From the NCBI GenBank assembly GCA_014799785.1, contig JAAVHI010000051.1:9535-73534 (forward strand): DNA of 64,000 nucleotides, read 5' to 3'. The DNA is from Ruminococcus sp. (GTDB lineage: Bacteria; Bacillota; Clostridia; Oscillospirales; Ruminococcaceae). The translations under genes and the position numbers were made by a program. Of the stretch, positions 9,730 through 19,425 are shown piece by piece (within the stretch, counting starts at the first letter, position 1; each line of letters opens with the position of its first letter). The notes beneath the pieces were generated by a model. The model had not been told where the DNA came from. It ran no database searches and was given only the letters and a program-made list of their open reading frames with translations.

Positions 9730-11321
9730 TCGTTACCTGCAAGGTTATAGAGGATCTGCTTCCGCTTTATGCGGACGGAATATGCTCCGATGATACTAAG
9801 ACAGTGGTCGAGCATCACACAGCCGAGTGTGCCGACTGCCGCAAAAAGCTGGAGGCTATGACCTCCGACACGGTGGAAACCGAAAAAATCGGGGAGGAAA
9901 AGCCGTCCCCCGAAAATCCGTTCAAAAAGCTGAGGAGACACTACACGCGTCTGGTGATTTGTACGCTGCTGATATGCGCGGCGGTGATGATTCCGTCTGC
10001 GCTGGTATTTCGTCTGTATGTCAACGAGGAAACCAACAACAAGGGCATGAGTTTCTCAAGTCTCTCCGCGGGACGTGATATGAAGAAATTCGGAAATATG
10101 CTCAAAAGGGGAGAATACCGCGCCGCTCTCGATACCGTCGAGCTGTATTACCAATATGATTACAACGCTCAGGAGCTGGCGGTGATAAAGGATATGTTAG
10201 CCGCCGATCTGGAGGAGTACTTTAAGAAATACCCCATAAAGAAGGTGAAAGCGGAACCGAGCGGCGGGAAATGCAGCAACGGAAATCTGTACTTGTATCT
10301 TGACGAGGAAAGCCTCAGAGGTACGGACATGGAGCCTATGCAGAACATATACTTTGACTTCGGCGAAAATGACGACGGCTCGCGCCTTATGATGCTGGGC
10401 GGCTGCGAGCTGTGGGGAATTGACTACGACTCTGACAGCAGCCTTTACCGCGATATGAGCGTGACTTTTCCCATGCTGACGCTTATCCCCAAATCACAGC
10501 CGGAAAATATTTTCAGCAACTTTAAAAAAGAACGCAGCTATATGTTCTGGTACTACATGACCGATGAAAAGATTTCCTATGCCGCTCAGACAGACGAAAA
10601 CTGGGGGATATCCAAAGAGGAGGTCATAAACTGCGTATATTCTGAAAAGGCTATTGAGCTTCTTTCGGATTACAATTTTATAGGCTGCGAGAACGGTGAT
10701 ATAACCTATGTCCATGAGGATATATTGGATATGCACAGCTATTTCATGCAGCACGCCGTTCTGACAATGAGTACGGCTGACGGCAGTGAATTTACCGTGG
10801 AGTTCGATTTGCCGATAGTGTATTTCAATGATTTCACGCACCTGAAGAACGTGTCCTATTCGGATAATGCGCCGAATGATTTCAGGAGCAGGTTTGAGGA
10901 TATTTTTGTAAACGACGGACCGGTTTACGATCAATATTACGAGCGATATCAAGATCATAAGCTTAACGACGGAAAATTCTACCTTGACGGCAATACCGAA
11001 AGCTGTTATTACGAGGTAAAGGACGGCAAGATACAGCTTGTCATCGAAAATGATAAGCAGGCGCGGGAATTCTTTGAAACAGAAATGGCAAACACTACCA
11101 ACGAGTTGTTTCATAATGCAAACTATGATGAATGGTTTCGTTCAGTGTCTAACCACTGCAATGAACCGTCGGACTATGAGGTTATACCTACAGCGCGCGG
11201 ATTATTTATTGGACTCAGGATTGAATACAGTCCCGACGGTGAAAGATGGAGCTACAGCGGACTTGATTACACTGACAGCGATCATATTATTTACAGCGAC
11301 TGCACATTTACAAGAGTATAA
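9726..11321 (+). CDS. anti-sigma factor (zf-HC2 type) with TM helix and an uncharacterised ectodomain of about 430 aa
   Basis: ATGA overlap with the sigma gene. N-terminal CKVIEDLLPLYADGICS...HHTAECADCRKKL. TM segment LVICTLLICAAVMIPSALVF. Confidence 0.7.
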   Translation: MIVTCKVIEDLLPLYADGICSDDTKTVVEHHTAECADCRKKLEAMTSDTVETEKIGEEKPSPENPFKKLRRHYTRLVICTLLICAAVMIPSALVFRLYVNEETNNKGMSFSSLSAGRDMKKFGNMLKRGEYRAALDTVELYYQYDYNAQELAVIKDMLAADLEEYFKKYPIKKVKAEPSGGKCSNGNLYLYLDEESLRGTDMEPMQNIYFDFGENDDGSRLMMLGGCELWGIDYDSDSSLYRDMSVTFPMLTLIPKSQPENIFSNFKKERSYMFWYYMTDEKISYAAQTDENWGISKEEVINCVYSEKAIELLSDYNFIGCENGDITYVHEDILDMHSYFMQHAVLTMSTADGSEFTVEFDLPIVYFNDFTHLKNVSYSDNAPNDFRSRFEDIFVNDGPVYDQYYERYQDHKLNDGKFYLDGNTESCYYEVKDGKIQLVIENDKQAREFFETEMANTTNELFHNANYDEWFRSVSNHCNEPSDYEVIPTARGLFIGLRIEYSPDGERWSYSGLDYTDSDHIIYSDCTFTRV

Positions 11322-11360
11322 AAAATTTCTCCCATACAGCTTTTGTATGGGAGATTTTTT

Positions 11361-12011
11361 CTATTCTTCGGCTTTGTCATCGTCCGCATGAGTAAGCGCG
11401 TAGGCAAGGGTCATTATGCTGTCGCCCAGATGGACGTTTTCGACCGCAACGTCCTTGTGAGTTATCTTTATATCATAGTGGCTGAAATTCCAGAAAGCCG
11501 TTATGCCGAGGGAGACAAGCTTGTCCGCAAGCTCCTGAGCGGCTGTTTTGGGTATGCACAGTATGGCGATCTGCGGCTTTTCGGCTTGGAAAAAGCGTTC
11601 CGTTTCCGATACGGGCATTACTTTAAGTCCAGCCACAGCACTTCCCGTCTTCGCGGGATCGCTGTCGAAGATACCCACCAGATCGCAGCCGTACTCCTTG
11701 AAATTCATATGGGTGGCAATGGCTCTGCCAAGATTTCCCGCGCCGATAAGCACCGCCTTGTAGCTTTTATCCACGCCGAGTATCTTTCCGATCTCCTCGT
11801 GAAGCTCCTGCAAATTGTAGCCGTAGCCCTGCTGTCCGAAGCCGCCGAAGCAGTTCAGATCCTGACGTATCTGCGAGGCTGTAAGGGACATTTTTTCCGC
11901 AAGCTCGCCCGAGGATATCCTCACCGTGCCCTGCTTCAGAAGCTCCCCCACAAATCTGTAATACCGCGGCAGCCGCTTTATCACAGAAATAGAAATACCT
12001 TTTTTTGACAT
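11361..12011 (-). CDS. rex: redox-sensing transcriptional repressor Rex
   Basis: IKRLPRYYRFVGELL winged-helix motif, LIGAGNLGRA Rossmann motif, typical length. Confidence 0.9.
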   Translation of the reverse strand: MSKKGISISVIKRLPRYYRFVGELLKQGTVRISSGELAEKMSLTASQIRQDLNCFGGFGQQGYGYNLQELHEEIGKILGVDKSYKAVLIGAGNLGRAIATHMNFKEYGCDLVGIFDSDPAKTGSAVAGLKVMPVSETERFFQAEKPQIAILCIPKTAAQELADKLVSLGITAFWNFSHYDIKITHKDVAVENVHLGDSIMTLAYALTHADDDKAEE

Positions 12012-12071
12012 CTTAAACCACCCTTTTGCGGTAATCCTTATTTTTAATCGTAAAGCCTTTAAAAATCAGGA

Positions 12072-13289
12072 TCAGCCCATAAGCTTTGCAAGTCTGTTAT
12101 TGATCTCAACAAGGAACGTTTCCGTGTCAACGACTTTTTTGTCGGGAAGCTTGCTCATAGCCGCAAGGTTCTTGTCCATGATGCCGTCCTCCATTGTCTG
12201 AACGGAAGCCTTTTCAAGCTTGTCGGCATAATCGCAGAGCGCGGGAATGTTATCCAGCTCGCCTCTCTTGCGGAGCGCGCCCGACCATGCGAAGATGGTA
12301 GCGATGGGGTTTGTGGAGGTTTTTTCGCCTTTCAGGTAGTTATAGTAGTGACGAGTTACCGTTCCGTGAGCAGCCTCGTACTCGTAAACGCCGTCGGGGG
12401 ATACCAGAACGGAGGTCATAAGTCCCAGCGAACCGAAAGCCGTCGCAAGCATATCGGACATAACGTCACCGTCGTAGTTCTTGCAAGCCCAGATGAAGCC
12501 GCCCTCGGAGCGAATCACGCGCGCAACAACGTCGTCGATAAGGGTGTAGAAATACTCGATACCCGCAGCCTCGAATTTGGATTTGTATTCGGCTTCGTAA
12601 ATTTCCGCAAAAATGTCCTTGAAGCGGTGGTCGTAGGTCTTGGAAATAGTGTCCTTTGAAGCAAACCAAAGGTCTTCCTTTGCGTCCAGAGCGTAGTTAA
12701 AGCAGGCTCTTGCAAAGCTGCCGATGGAGTTGTCAAGGTTGTGAACGCCCTGAACGATACCGTCGGAATTTTTGAAATCGTGGATAAGCGCGCGGGTTTC
12801 CTTGCCGTCCTTGTCGGTGATGACGATTTCCGCCTTGCTGCCCTGAGGAGCTTTCAGCTCGGTGTTCTTGTAGATGTCGCCGTAAGCGTGACGGGCGATA
12901 GTGATAGGCTTAGTCCATGTGGGAATGTAGGGTGTAATTCCGTTTACAAGAATAGGCTTTCTGAAAACAGTACCGTCAAGGATTGCGCGGATAGTACCGT
13001 TGGGTGACTTCCACATTTCCTTTAATTTGTACTCCTCAACACGCTGAGCGTTGGGGGTAATGGTGGCGCACTTAACTGCAACGCCGTACTTTTTGGTAGC
13101 GTTTGCGGAATCAATGGTGACCTGATCGTCGGTCTCGTTTCTGTGAACCAGACCAAGGTCGTAGTATTCCGTGTTAAGGTCGATGTAGGGGTTGATAAGA
13201 ATATCCTTTATCATCTTCCAGATGATGCGGGTCATCTCGTCGCCGTCCATTTCAACAAGGGGAGTGGTCATTTTGATTTTTTCAGCCAT
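12072..13289 (-). CDS. icd: NADP-dependent isocitrate dehydrogenase (IDH1-like, about 405 aa)
   Basis: [26 protein letters not shown] and DGDVMSD motifs, plus length. Confidence 0.9.
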   Translation of the reverse strand: MAEKIKMTTPLVEMDGDEMTRIIWKMIKDILINPYIDLNTEYYDLGLVHRNETDDQVTIDSANATKKYGVAVKCATITPNAQRVEEYKLKEMWKSPNGTIRAILDGTVFRKPILVNGITPYIPTWTKPITIARHAYGDIYKNTELKAPQGSKAEIVITDKDGKETRALIHDFKNSDGIVQGVHNLDNSIGSFARACFNYALDAKEDLWFASKDTISKTYDHRFKDIFAEIYEAEYKSKFEAAGIEYFYTLIDDVVARVIRSEGGFIWACKNYDGDVMSDMLATAFGSLGLMTSVLVSPDGVYEYEAAHGTVTRHYYNYLKGEKTSTNPIATIFAWSGALRKRGELDNIPALCDYADKLEKASVQTMEDGIMDKNLAAMSKLPDKKVVDTETFLVEINNRLAKLMG

Positions 13290-14100
13290 TTTGGTTTCCT
13301 CCGTTTTCTTTATTCAGAATAAATTTAAAGTTTCCTATTTCCGTTGTTTCGGTGTAGCCGTAATAGTCGGGCGCGTCGAGGCAAAAAACATAATCATATG
13401 CCGTATAGTATTTGCGGTAAAGGTCTTTTTCCGTTTTCTCAATTGTCAAATCCGTTACATTGTAAAAAACATAGATCATCTTTTCAATAATGTCAAAAAT
13501 CTCATTGTCGGAAAGATCATCAAAAAATATTTCGTTTGCAAAGATATCGCCGTCGTGAAGCTCTATATTGTTTGTGCGCAAAAAATCATCAATAAACAGA
13601 AAAATTTTTTCTGCACTTGTTTTGTGTGTGATAAAAGCTATGCCGTCCTGAATAATATCCACAGTAACAAATTTGCTGCGCTTATCATAAAATCTGATAT
13701 TGTATCCCTTTTTAGGCAAACAGTCATTACCGAAAGGCATGATCTCATAATTCCGGACGTCAAAATAAATAGTCATTTTGTATCTTTTCGCAATTTTCCC
13801 GAAAGCCTCCCTGACAGCTTCTTCCTTGAAATTGAACCGCATTTTCGGCATTTTTTGCGCACGGTAAAACTCAACCGAGGGATTGTTAAGTTTTTCCAGC
13901 TGATCCTCCAGTGTGTCACGTGTGAACATATACCGAAATACCCACATCAAGGGCATGAATGTTATCAGCGATACGCTGCCAACTGTAAGCAGCACGACCG
14001 ACATATCGTAATATCGGGGAAATTTTACATTCAGAACAATTCCTGCCGTCAGAATCAGAAAGCTAAGAACAGTAACCGTTACAGCACCGTTTGTAAGCAT
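13282..14100 (-). CDS. hypothetical membrane protein (two N-terminal TM helices), AT-rich
   Basis: ATG at 14100 after GAGAAAGG. The stop overlaps the icd start by 8 nt. The N-terminal extension of the listed ORF (to 14283) lies inside the DUF3795-like gene. Confidence 0.5.
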   Translation of the reverse strand: MLTNGAVTVTVLSFLILTAGIVLNVKFPRYYDMSVVLLTVGSVSLITFMPLMWVFRYMFTRDTLEDQLEKLNNPSVEFYRAQKMPKMRFNFKEEAVREAFGKIAKRYKMTIYFDVRNYEIMPFGNDCLPKKGYNIRFYDKRSKFVTVDIIQDGIAFITHKTSAEKIFLFIDDFLRTNNIELHDGDIFANEIFFDDLSDNEIFDIIEKMIYVFYNVTDLTIEKTEKDLYRKYYTAYDYVFCLDAPDYYGYTETTEIGNFKFILNKENGGNQNG

Positions 14101-14147
14101 TTTTGCCTTTCTCTTGAAATCGGGAGAGTTCCTGTTCGGCAAGCTGT

Positions 14148-14597
14148 TCACTTCTTTCCTGAAATATCTACGATAAGTCCCACAGCCGTACCGACCAGAG
14201 CGCAGGCGAAAATCATTGCCCCAAGGCTTCCCGTGAAAGCTCCAAGCACCGCCCCTGCCGTAATACCCACCGCAAAGCCGCACAGGGGACGGCTTATTGC
14301 TTTCCGACGGGCTGCTGGTTCTTCCTCCGACCAGCGCTTTAACGTTATAAGACGCTCGCCGTCGTCGCCGTCATCGGGATCGAAAGCGGTGTTCCTGAGC
14401 AGGTCGCAGGGAAACGCGGGACAGAGACCGCAATGCTCCAGAAGCTTATCCTCACAGCATTTCTTGATGTCGCAGTCCCCAGCCCAATCTCCCTCCGCAA
14501 GGTCGAGACAGCCCACACAACCGCATTCATCACGGTTTACGCAGGCGTCGCAGTCCAGTCCGCATCGGGAAGTATGCTTTGGTACGATCTCGGCCAT
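14148..14597 (-). CDS. Cys-rich DUF3795-like protein with a C-terminal TM helix
   Basis: CGLDCDAC...CVGC...CDIKKCC...CGLCPAFPC pattern. The start codon shares 1 nt with the aconitase stop (TAATG). Confidence 0.55.
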   Translation of the reverse strand: MAEIVPKHTSRCGLDCDACVNRDECGCVGCLDLAEGDWAGDCDIKKCCEDKLLEHCGLCPAFPCDLLRNTAFDPDDGDDGERLITLKRWSEEEPAARRKAISRPLCGFAVGITAGAVLGAFTGSLGAMIFACALVGTAVGLIVDISGKK

Positions 14598-16534
14598 TAC
14601 TTCAGACTTTCTCTTGTGTAATCAAGCAGACCGCCCGCAAGGATAATATCCTTAGTCCTGCCGGTCAGCTCGCACAGTACGGGAATATCCGCTCTCGTTG
14701 TCTTGTTTTTAACCGTAAGCTCGGTCTTGCCCGCTTCGATATCGGCGCGGACGTTTTCCAGAGCAAGCTCGTCGCCCTGTGAAATTTTATCATAGTCCGC
14801 CTCGTTGACAAATGTCAGCGGCAGGATACCCGCGTTTATCAGGTTGGAGCGGTGAATTCTCGCAAAGCTCTTTACCAGAACAGCTTTTACGCCAAGGTGC
14901 AGAGGCGCGAGAGCCGCGTGCTCACGGGACGATCCCTGACCGTAGTTTACGCCGCCAACGATAATGCTCTTGCCCATGCTCTCGGCGCGTGCGGGGAATT
15001 CCTCGTCGCATACCGTGAAGCAGAATTTGGAAATTGCAGGAATATTTGAACGCAGCGGAAGAATTTTCGCTCCCGCGGGCATGATGTGGTCGGTGGTGAT
15101 GTTGTCCCCCACTTTAAGGGAGCAGGGCGCGGAAATGCTGTCCGCAAGGGGCGCGGTAACGGGGAAAGGCTTGATGTTGGGTCCGCGGAGGATCTCAACC
15201 TTGTCCATCTCCGCTTCGGGAGCGGGAGGTACGACCATATTGTCGTTGATGATGAATTCCTCTGGCATTTCAAATTTCGGCATATCGCCCATAGCGGAGG
15301 GGTCTGTGAACACGCCCGCAACCGCCGAAGCCGCCGCAGTTTCGGGGGATACAAGATAAATCTGACCGTCCTTAGTACCGCTGCGTCCCTCGAAGTTTCT
15401 GTTAAAGGTACGCAGGGAGATACCCTTGGAGTTGGGGGACTGTCCCATGCCGATACAAGGTCCGCAGGCGCTTTCGAGAATTCTTGCGCCCGCGTCTATC
15501 ATAATTGCCAGCGCGCCGTTCTGAGCAAGCATATTCAGCACCTGCTTCGAGCCGGGAGCGATAGACAGGGAAACGTCGGGGTGAACGGTCTTGCCCTTTA
15601 AAATGTGGGCGACCTTCATCATGTCCATAAGAGAGCTGTTGGTACATGAGCCGATGCAGACCTGATCTATCTTCATACCCTTTAACTCGTCGGCGGACTT
15701 GATGTTGTCGGGAGAATGAGGACAAGCCGCAAGGGGAGCAAGCTCCGAAAGATTTATCTCAATGACTTCATCATATACAGCGTCGGGGTCTGCGGAAAGC
15801 TCCGTCCATACCTCCTCGCGTTTCTGAGCCTTGAGGAACTGCTTTGTGATCTCGTCCGAGGGGAAGATGGAGGTAGTCGCGCCAAGCTCCGCGCCCATGT
15901 TGGTGATGGTTGCTCTTTCGGGAACGCTGAGAGTTTTCACGCCCTCGCCTGTGTACTCGATAACCTTGCCCACGCCGCCCTTAACGGTCATTCTGCGGAG
16001 GACTTCAAGAATAACGTCCTTAGCCGCAACCCAGGGGGAAAGTTTGCCCGTCAGCTTAACGTTGACGATCTTCGGGTATGTAATGTAGTACGCGCCGCCG
16101 CCCATAGCAACAGCAACGTCCAGACCGCCCGCGCCTATGGCTATCATTCCCAGACCGCCGCCTGTTGGGGTGTGGCTGTCCGAGCCGATAAGGGTCTTGC
16201 CGGGAATGCCGAAGCGTTCAAGGTGAACCTGATGGCAGATACCGTTTCCGGGACGGGAGAAGTAAATGCCGTGTTTTTTGGCAACAGAACCGATAAAGCG
16301 GTGGTCGTCGGCGTTTTCAAAGCCCGACTGGAGTGTGTTGTGGTCGATATATGCCACGGAGCGTTCCGTTCTTACTCTGGGAACTCCCATAGCTTCAAAT
16401 TCAAGGTACGCCATAGTACCTGTTGCGTCCTGCGTAAGAGTCTGGTCGATACGGATTCCGATTTCCTTGCCCTTGACAAATTCGCCGTCGGCAAGATGAG
16501 CTTTAAGAATTTTTTCCGTTAAAGTGTATCCCAC
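14597..16534 (-). CDS. acn: aconitate hydratase (about 645 aa clostridial type)
   Basis: IRIDQTLTQDATG, GSDSHT, CIGSCTN and CGPCIG Fe-S ligand motifs, plus the swivel domain. Confidence 0.9.
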   Translation of the reverse strand: MGYTLTEKILKAHLADGEFVKGKEIGIRIDQTLTQDATGTMAYLEFEAMGVPRVRTERSVAYIDHNTLQSGFENADDHRFIGSVAKKHGIYFSRPGNGICHQVHLERFGIPGKTLIGSDSHTPTGGGLGMIAIGAGGLDVAVAMGGGAYYITYPKIVNVKLTGKLSPWVAAKDVILEVLRRMTVKGGVGKVIEYTGEGVKTLSVPERATITNMGAELGATTSIFPSDEITKQFLKAQKREEVWTELSADPDAVYDEVIEINLSELAPLAACPHSPDNIKSADELKGMKIDQVCIGSCTNSSLMDMMKVAHILKGKTVHPDVSLSIAPGSKQVLNMLAQNGALAIMIDAGARILESACGPCIGMGQSPNSKGISLRTFNRNFEGRSGTKDGQIYLVSPETAAASAVAGVFTDPSAMGDMPKFEMPEEFIINDNMVVPPAPEAEMDKVEILRGPNIKPFPVTAPLADSISAPCSLKVGDNITTDHIMPAGAKILPLRSNIPAISKFCFTVCDEEFPARAESMGKSIIVGGVNYGQGSSREHAALAPLHLGVKAVLVKSFARIHRSNLINAGILPLTFVNEADYDKISQGDELALENVRADIEAGKTELTVKNKTTRADIPVLCELTGRTKDIILAGGLLDYTRESLK

Positions 16535-16713
16535 TTGCGATCATCCTTTCAGATTTTAAAATATACACATTAATTATACTCTCTTTTGTGCAGTTTGTCA
16601 AGAATTTAACGGCATACTTCTGCGGCAGCGCGCACTTGTGCAGAATAACTAAAAGTCCGCAACTTATTTTTTCACGCAAATATAAAATTTTGTGGACTTT
16701 TTTATCAAAATAT

Positions 16714-16741
16714 TGTATAATATAACCATACTATAACCATA
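16714..16741 (+). promoter_or_regulatory. extended -10 (TGTATAAT) followed by a tandem 10-nt direct repeat TATAACCATA x2, upstream of fucA
   Basis: Read directly from the sequence. Repeats at 16721..16730 and 16732..16741. Confidence 0.4.
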
Positions 16742-16757
16742 AAAAGGAGTTTTTAAT

Positions 16758-17447
16758 ATGAATGAACAGGAAATCAAAGATTTAATGTGCGACGTATGTC
16801 ATAAAATGTGGCAGCTGGGCTGGGTAGCCGCCAATGACGGAAACGTTTCCGTAAGGCTGGGAGACGGCACTTTCCTTGCCACCCCCACGGGCGTAAGCAA
16901 GAGCTTTATCACTCCCGAAAAGATCGTGAAGATCAATGCCAAGGGTGAAATTCTTGAAGCAAACGAGGGCTACAGACCGTCCTCGGAGATAAAAATGCAC
17001 CTGCGCTGCTATGAGGAGCGTCCCGATGTTGGAGGAGTTGTTCATGCTCACCCGCCTACGGCTACGGGCTACGCTGTTGCAAACAAGGCTCTGGACGGCT
17101 ACACCATGATCGAAGCGGTAATTGCGGTTGGAAGCGTTCCCGTTACACCCTACGGAACGCCGTCTACATATGAAGTCCCCGAAGCTATCACACCTTATTT
17201 AAAGGAACACGACGTTATGCTTTTGCAGAACCACGGCGCGCTTACCGTGGGCGCAGACCTGCTCACCGCCTATTACCGCATGGAAACGTTGGAGCTTTTT
17301 GCCAAGATTTCCCTTACGGCGCACCTGCTTGGCGGTGAGAGGGAAATTTCCCGCGAAAATATTGACCGTCTCTGCTCTATGCGCGAGAATTACAAGGTGA
17401 CCGGCAAGCACCCCGGCTACAAGAAGTATCCTTACGGAGACAAATAA
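16758..17447 (+). CDS. fucA: class II aldolase, probably L-fuculose-phosphate aldolase
   Basis: NDGNVSVR, SSEIKMH and VVHAHPP metal-ligand motifs. Lies with fucU, an FGGY kinase and fucI. Confidence 0.75.
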   Translation: MNEQEIKDLMCDVCHKMWQLGWVAANDGNVSVRLGDGTFLATPTGVSKSFITPEKIVKINAKGEILEANEGYRPSSEIKMHLRCYEERPDVGGVVHAHPPTATGYAVANKALDGYTMIEAVIAVGSVPVTPYGTPSTYEVPEAITPYLKEHDVMLLQNHGALTVGADLLTAYYRMETLELFAKISLTAHLLGGEREISRENIDRLCSMRENYKVTGKHPGYKKYPYGDK

Positions 17448-17591
17448 TTGACGTTATACTTTTGCAGGGGACGGGCTTATTCCGGTACAGGCTTGTCCCT
17501 TGCAGAAATAATAATTAACAGTTAATAATCAATAATTTTTACGCTGTTGGTTATTAAGTGTTGATTAAAATAATTTTGGAGATGGTGCATA

Positions 17592-18281
17592 ATGTGTGCT
17601 ACCTTAGTTTACATAGGCACATTTGATATATTATGCGTTTTAATTCCGTTAGCCGCAGTTATTGTAATGCTTGTGTGCATTATCAGGCTGATAATTTCCA
17701 AAAAAGAAAAACGCAAGCAAATGAAAAAAGTTAAAATTGCCGCTGTTATTTCTGCAATAATTGTAACAATTATCGCCTCTAAAGCAATATATGATTATAT
17801 AAAACGCCCACCGCCTCCGCCGCCTCTCCCACCCGGGTTCGGGACTGTTGAAAAGATGCCTAATATAATAGGACTTTCATATAAGGAATGTAAAGAAAAT
17901 TATTCCGATAAATTTGAACTTACCGTTGAAATAATGGAATATTCCTCCGAATATCCCGAGGGAACGATAATCGACCAAAAACCTGTTGAGGGTGCGGAAT
18001 ATTTGGTTGGCTTATCAACAGTACACTGCACGGTAAGCAAAGGCGTGAGAATGATTACAGTCAGCAATGTTATCGGGCTTGATTTTGAGGATGCAAGGAC
18101 AATACTTGGAGACAACGACAAATTTGTAGTTGGCTTTGTGAGCGAATATTCCGATGATGTACCAAAGGGAAAGGTTATTGCAACAGACCCGCCCGAATTT
18201 GAAAAAGCGGAATATGGTTCGGCAATTAAAGTAACTGTAAGCGGCGGCAAAGAGCCTGACGTTACCGAAACCACCGAATGA
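17592..18281 (+). CDS. membrane protein with two PASTA-like domains
   Basis: Two TM helices flank a KKEKRKQMKK loop. A PPPPPPLPP linker follows, then two units of about 65 aa (MPNIIGLSYKEC...; VSNVIGLDFEDARTIL...KVTVSGG). Confidence 0.65.
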   Translation: MCATLVYIGTFDILCVLIPLAAVIVMLVCIIRLIISKKEKRKQMKKVKIAAVISAIIVTIIASKAIYDYIKRPPPPPPLPPGFGTVEKMPNIIGLSYKECKENYSDKFELTVEIMEYSSEYPEGTIIDQKPVEGAEYLVGLSTVHCTVSKGVRMITVSNVIGLDFEDARTILGDNDKFVVGFVSEYSDDVPKGKVIATDPPEFEKAEYGSAIKVTVSGGKEPDVTETTE

Positions 18282-18313
18282 TATGGAGAATTACGTTGGA
18301 GGATTAATGCATA

Positions 18314-18970
18314 ATGGAAACTATTGCAAAAGCACGCATTCAAATGGTAATATTTGCTTTACTTGCGTTCTGGTCACTTATTGCAGCTGTGGTGCTTGCG
18401 ATAATATTAATTGTAAAAAAGAAAAAACGCAGGCAGATGAAAAAAACTAAAATTGCCGCAGTCGTTTTTGCATTGCTTGTGCCGGTTATGTCATTTATAT
18501 CAGTAAATAATTGGTTTACCGCAATTCAAACTATTGTAGACCCTATTTGGGTGCCTGATTTGGTCGGACTTGATTATGATGAATGTCAATCGGCGTATGG
18601 TGAATATTTTGAACTTATCGTTCAACACGAAGAATATTCTTACGAATATCCAAAAGGTACGATTATGCAGCAAGATCCTGTACCGCGCAGCATGGTTTCT
18701 TCTCTTCCGGAAATACGCTGTATTGTAAGCAGGGGCGTGAGAATGGTTGATGTTGCTGATGTTATCGGACTTGATTTTGAGGACGCAAAGGTAATACTTG
18801 AAGAAAGTACTTTTACAGTAGGCTTTGTGAGCGAATATTCCGATGATGTACCGAATGGAAAAGTTATCGCAACAGACCCGCCCGCATTTGAAAAAGCGGC
18901 GGTGTATTCGGCGGTCAAGGTCACTGTAAGCGGCGGCAAAGAGCCTGATGTTACTGACGACAATGAATAA
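18314..18970 (+). CDS. membrane protein with two PASTA-like domains (tandem paralog of 17592..18281)
   Basis: Same architecture. Long near-identical nucleotide stretches, e.g. GGCTTTGTGAGCGAATATTCCGATGATGTACC in both genes. Confidence 0.65.
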   Translation: METIAKARIQMVIFALLAFWSLIAAVVLAIILIVKKKKRRQMKKTKIAAVVFALLVPVMSFISVNNWFTAIQTIVDPIWVPDLVGLDYDECQSAYGEYFELIVQHEEYSYEYPKGTIMQQDPVPRSMVSSLPEIRCIVSRGVRMVDVADVIGLDFEDAKVILEESTFTVGFVSEYSDDVPNGKVIATDPPAFEKAAVYSAVKVTVSGGKEPDVTDDNE

Positions 18971-18996
18971 AATATTTTTAAAAGGAGAAATGAAAA

Positions 18997-19425
18997 ATGC
19001 TGAAAAACATACCGAAAATCTTATCCCCCGAGCTTGTAAAAATTCTTATGGAAATGGGTCACGGCGACGAAATTGTTATTGCCGACGGAAATTTCCCGTC
19101 CGAGACTATCGGTCAGCGCGTTGTCCGCTGCGACGGTCACGGCGTACCCGAACTGCTGGACGCGATAATGAAGCTTTTCCCGCTTGACACCTACACCGAC
19201 AAGCCCGTTATGCTTATGGAGGTCGTGCCGGGCGACCCTGTTGTCCCCACGATCTGGGACGAGTACAAAGAAATCATCAACAAATACGAGCCGGAAAACT
19301 GCAAAATTGAAATGATAGAACGTTTCGCATTTTACGAGCGGGCGAAAACCGCATACGCTGTTGTTGCCACGGGCGAGGAAGCGATTTACGCAAACATTAT
19401 CTTAAAGAAAGGCGTGGTTAAATGA
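18997..19425 (+). CDS. fucU: L-fucose mutarotase (RbsD/FucU family)
   Basis: MLKNIPKILSPEL...GHGDEIVIADGNFP motif. 142 aa. Confidence 0.8.
   Translation: MLKNIPKILSPELVKILMEMGHGDEIVIADGNFPSETIGQRVVRCDGHGVPELLDAIMKLFPLDTYTDKPVMLMEVVPGDPVVPTIWDEYKEIINKYEPENCKIEMIERFAFYERAKTAYAVVATGEEAIYANIILKKGVVK

Noticed and set aside
13192-14646. 484-aa plus-strand ORF, the longest unexplained ORF in this part of the track
   Set aside because: It runs antisense to the AT-rich membrane ORF, the DUF3795-like gene and the end of acn. The translation is low-complexity (I/F/K-rich, then S/P/R-rich), and there is no RBS. It is a shadow ORF.
16535-16757. Rex operator (TTGTGAA-N6-TTCACAA-type) in the acn / fucA divergent region or upstream of rex and icd
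   Set aside because: Only fragments are present (TTGTGCAG, TTCACGC), with no inverted-repeat partner at the right spacing. I cannot support a Rex box by eye.
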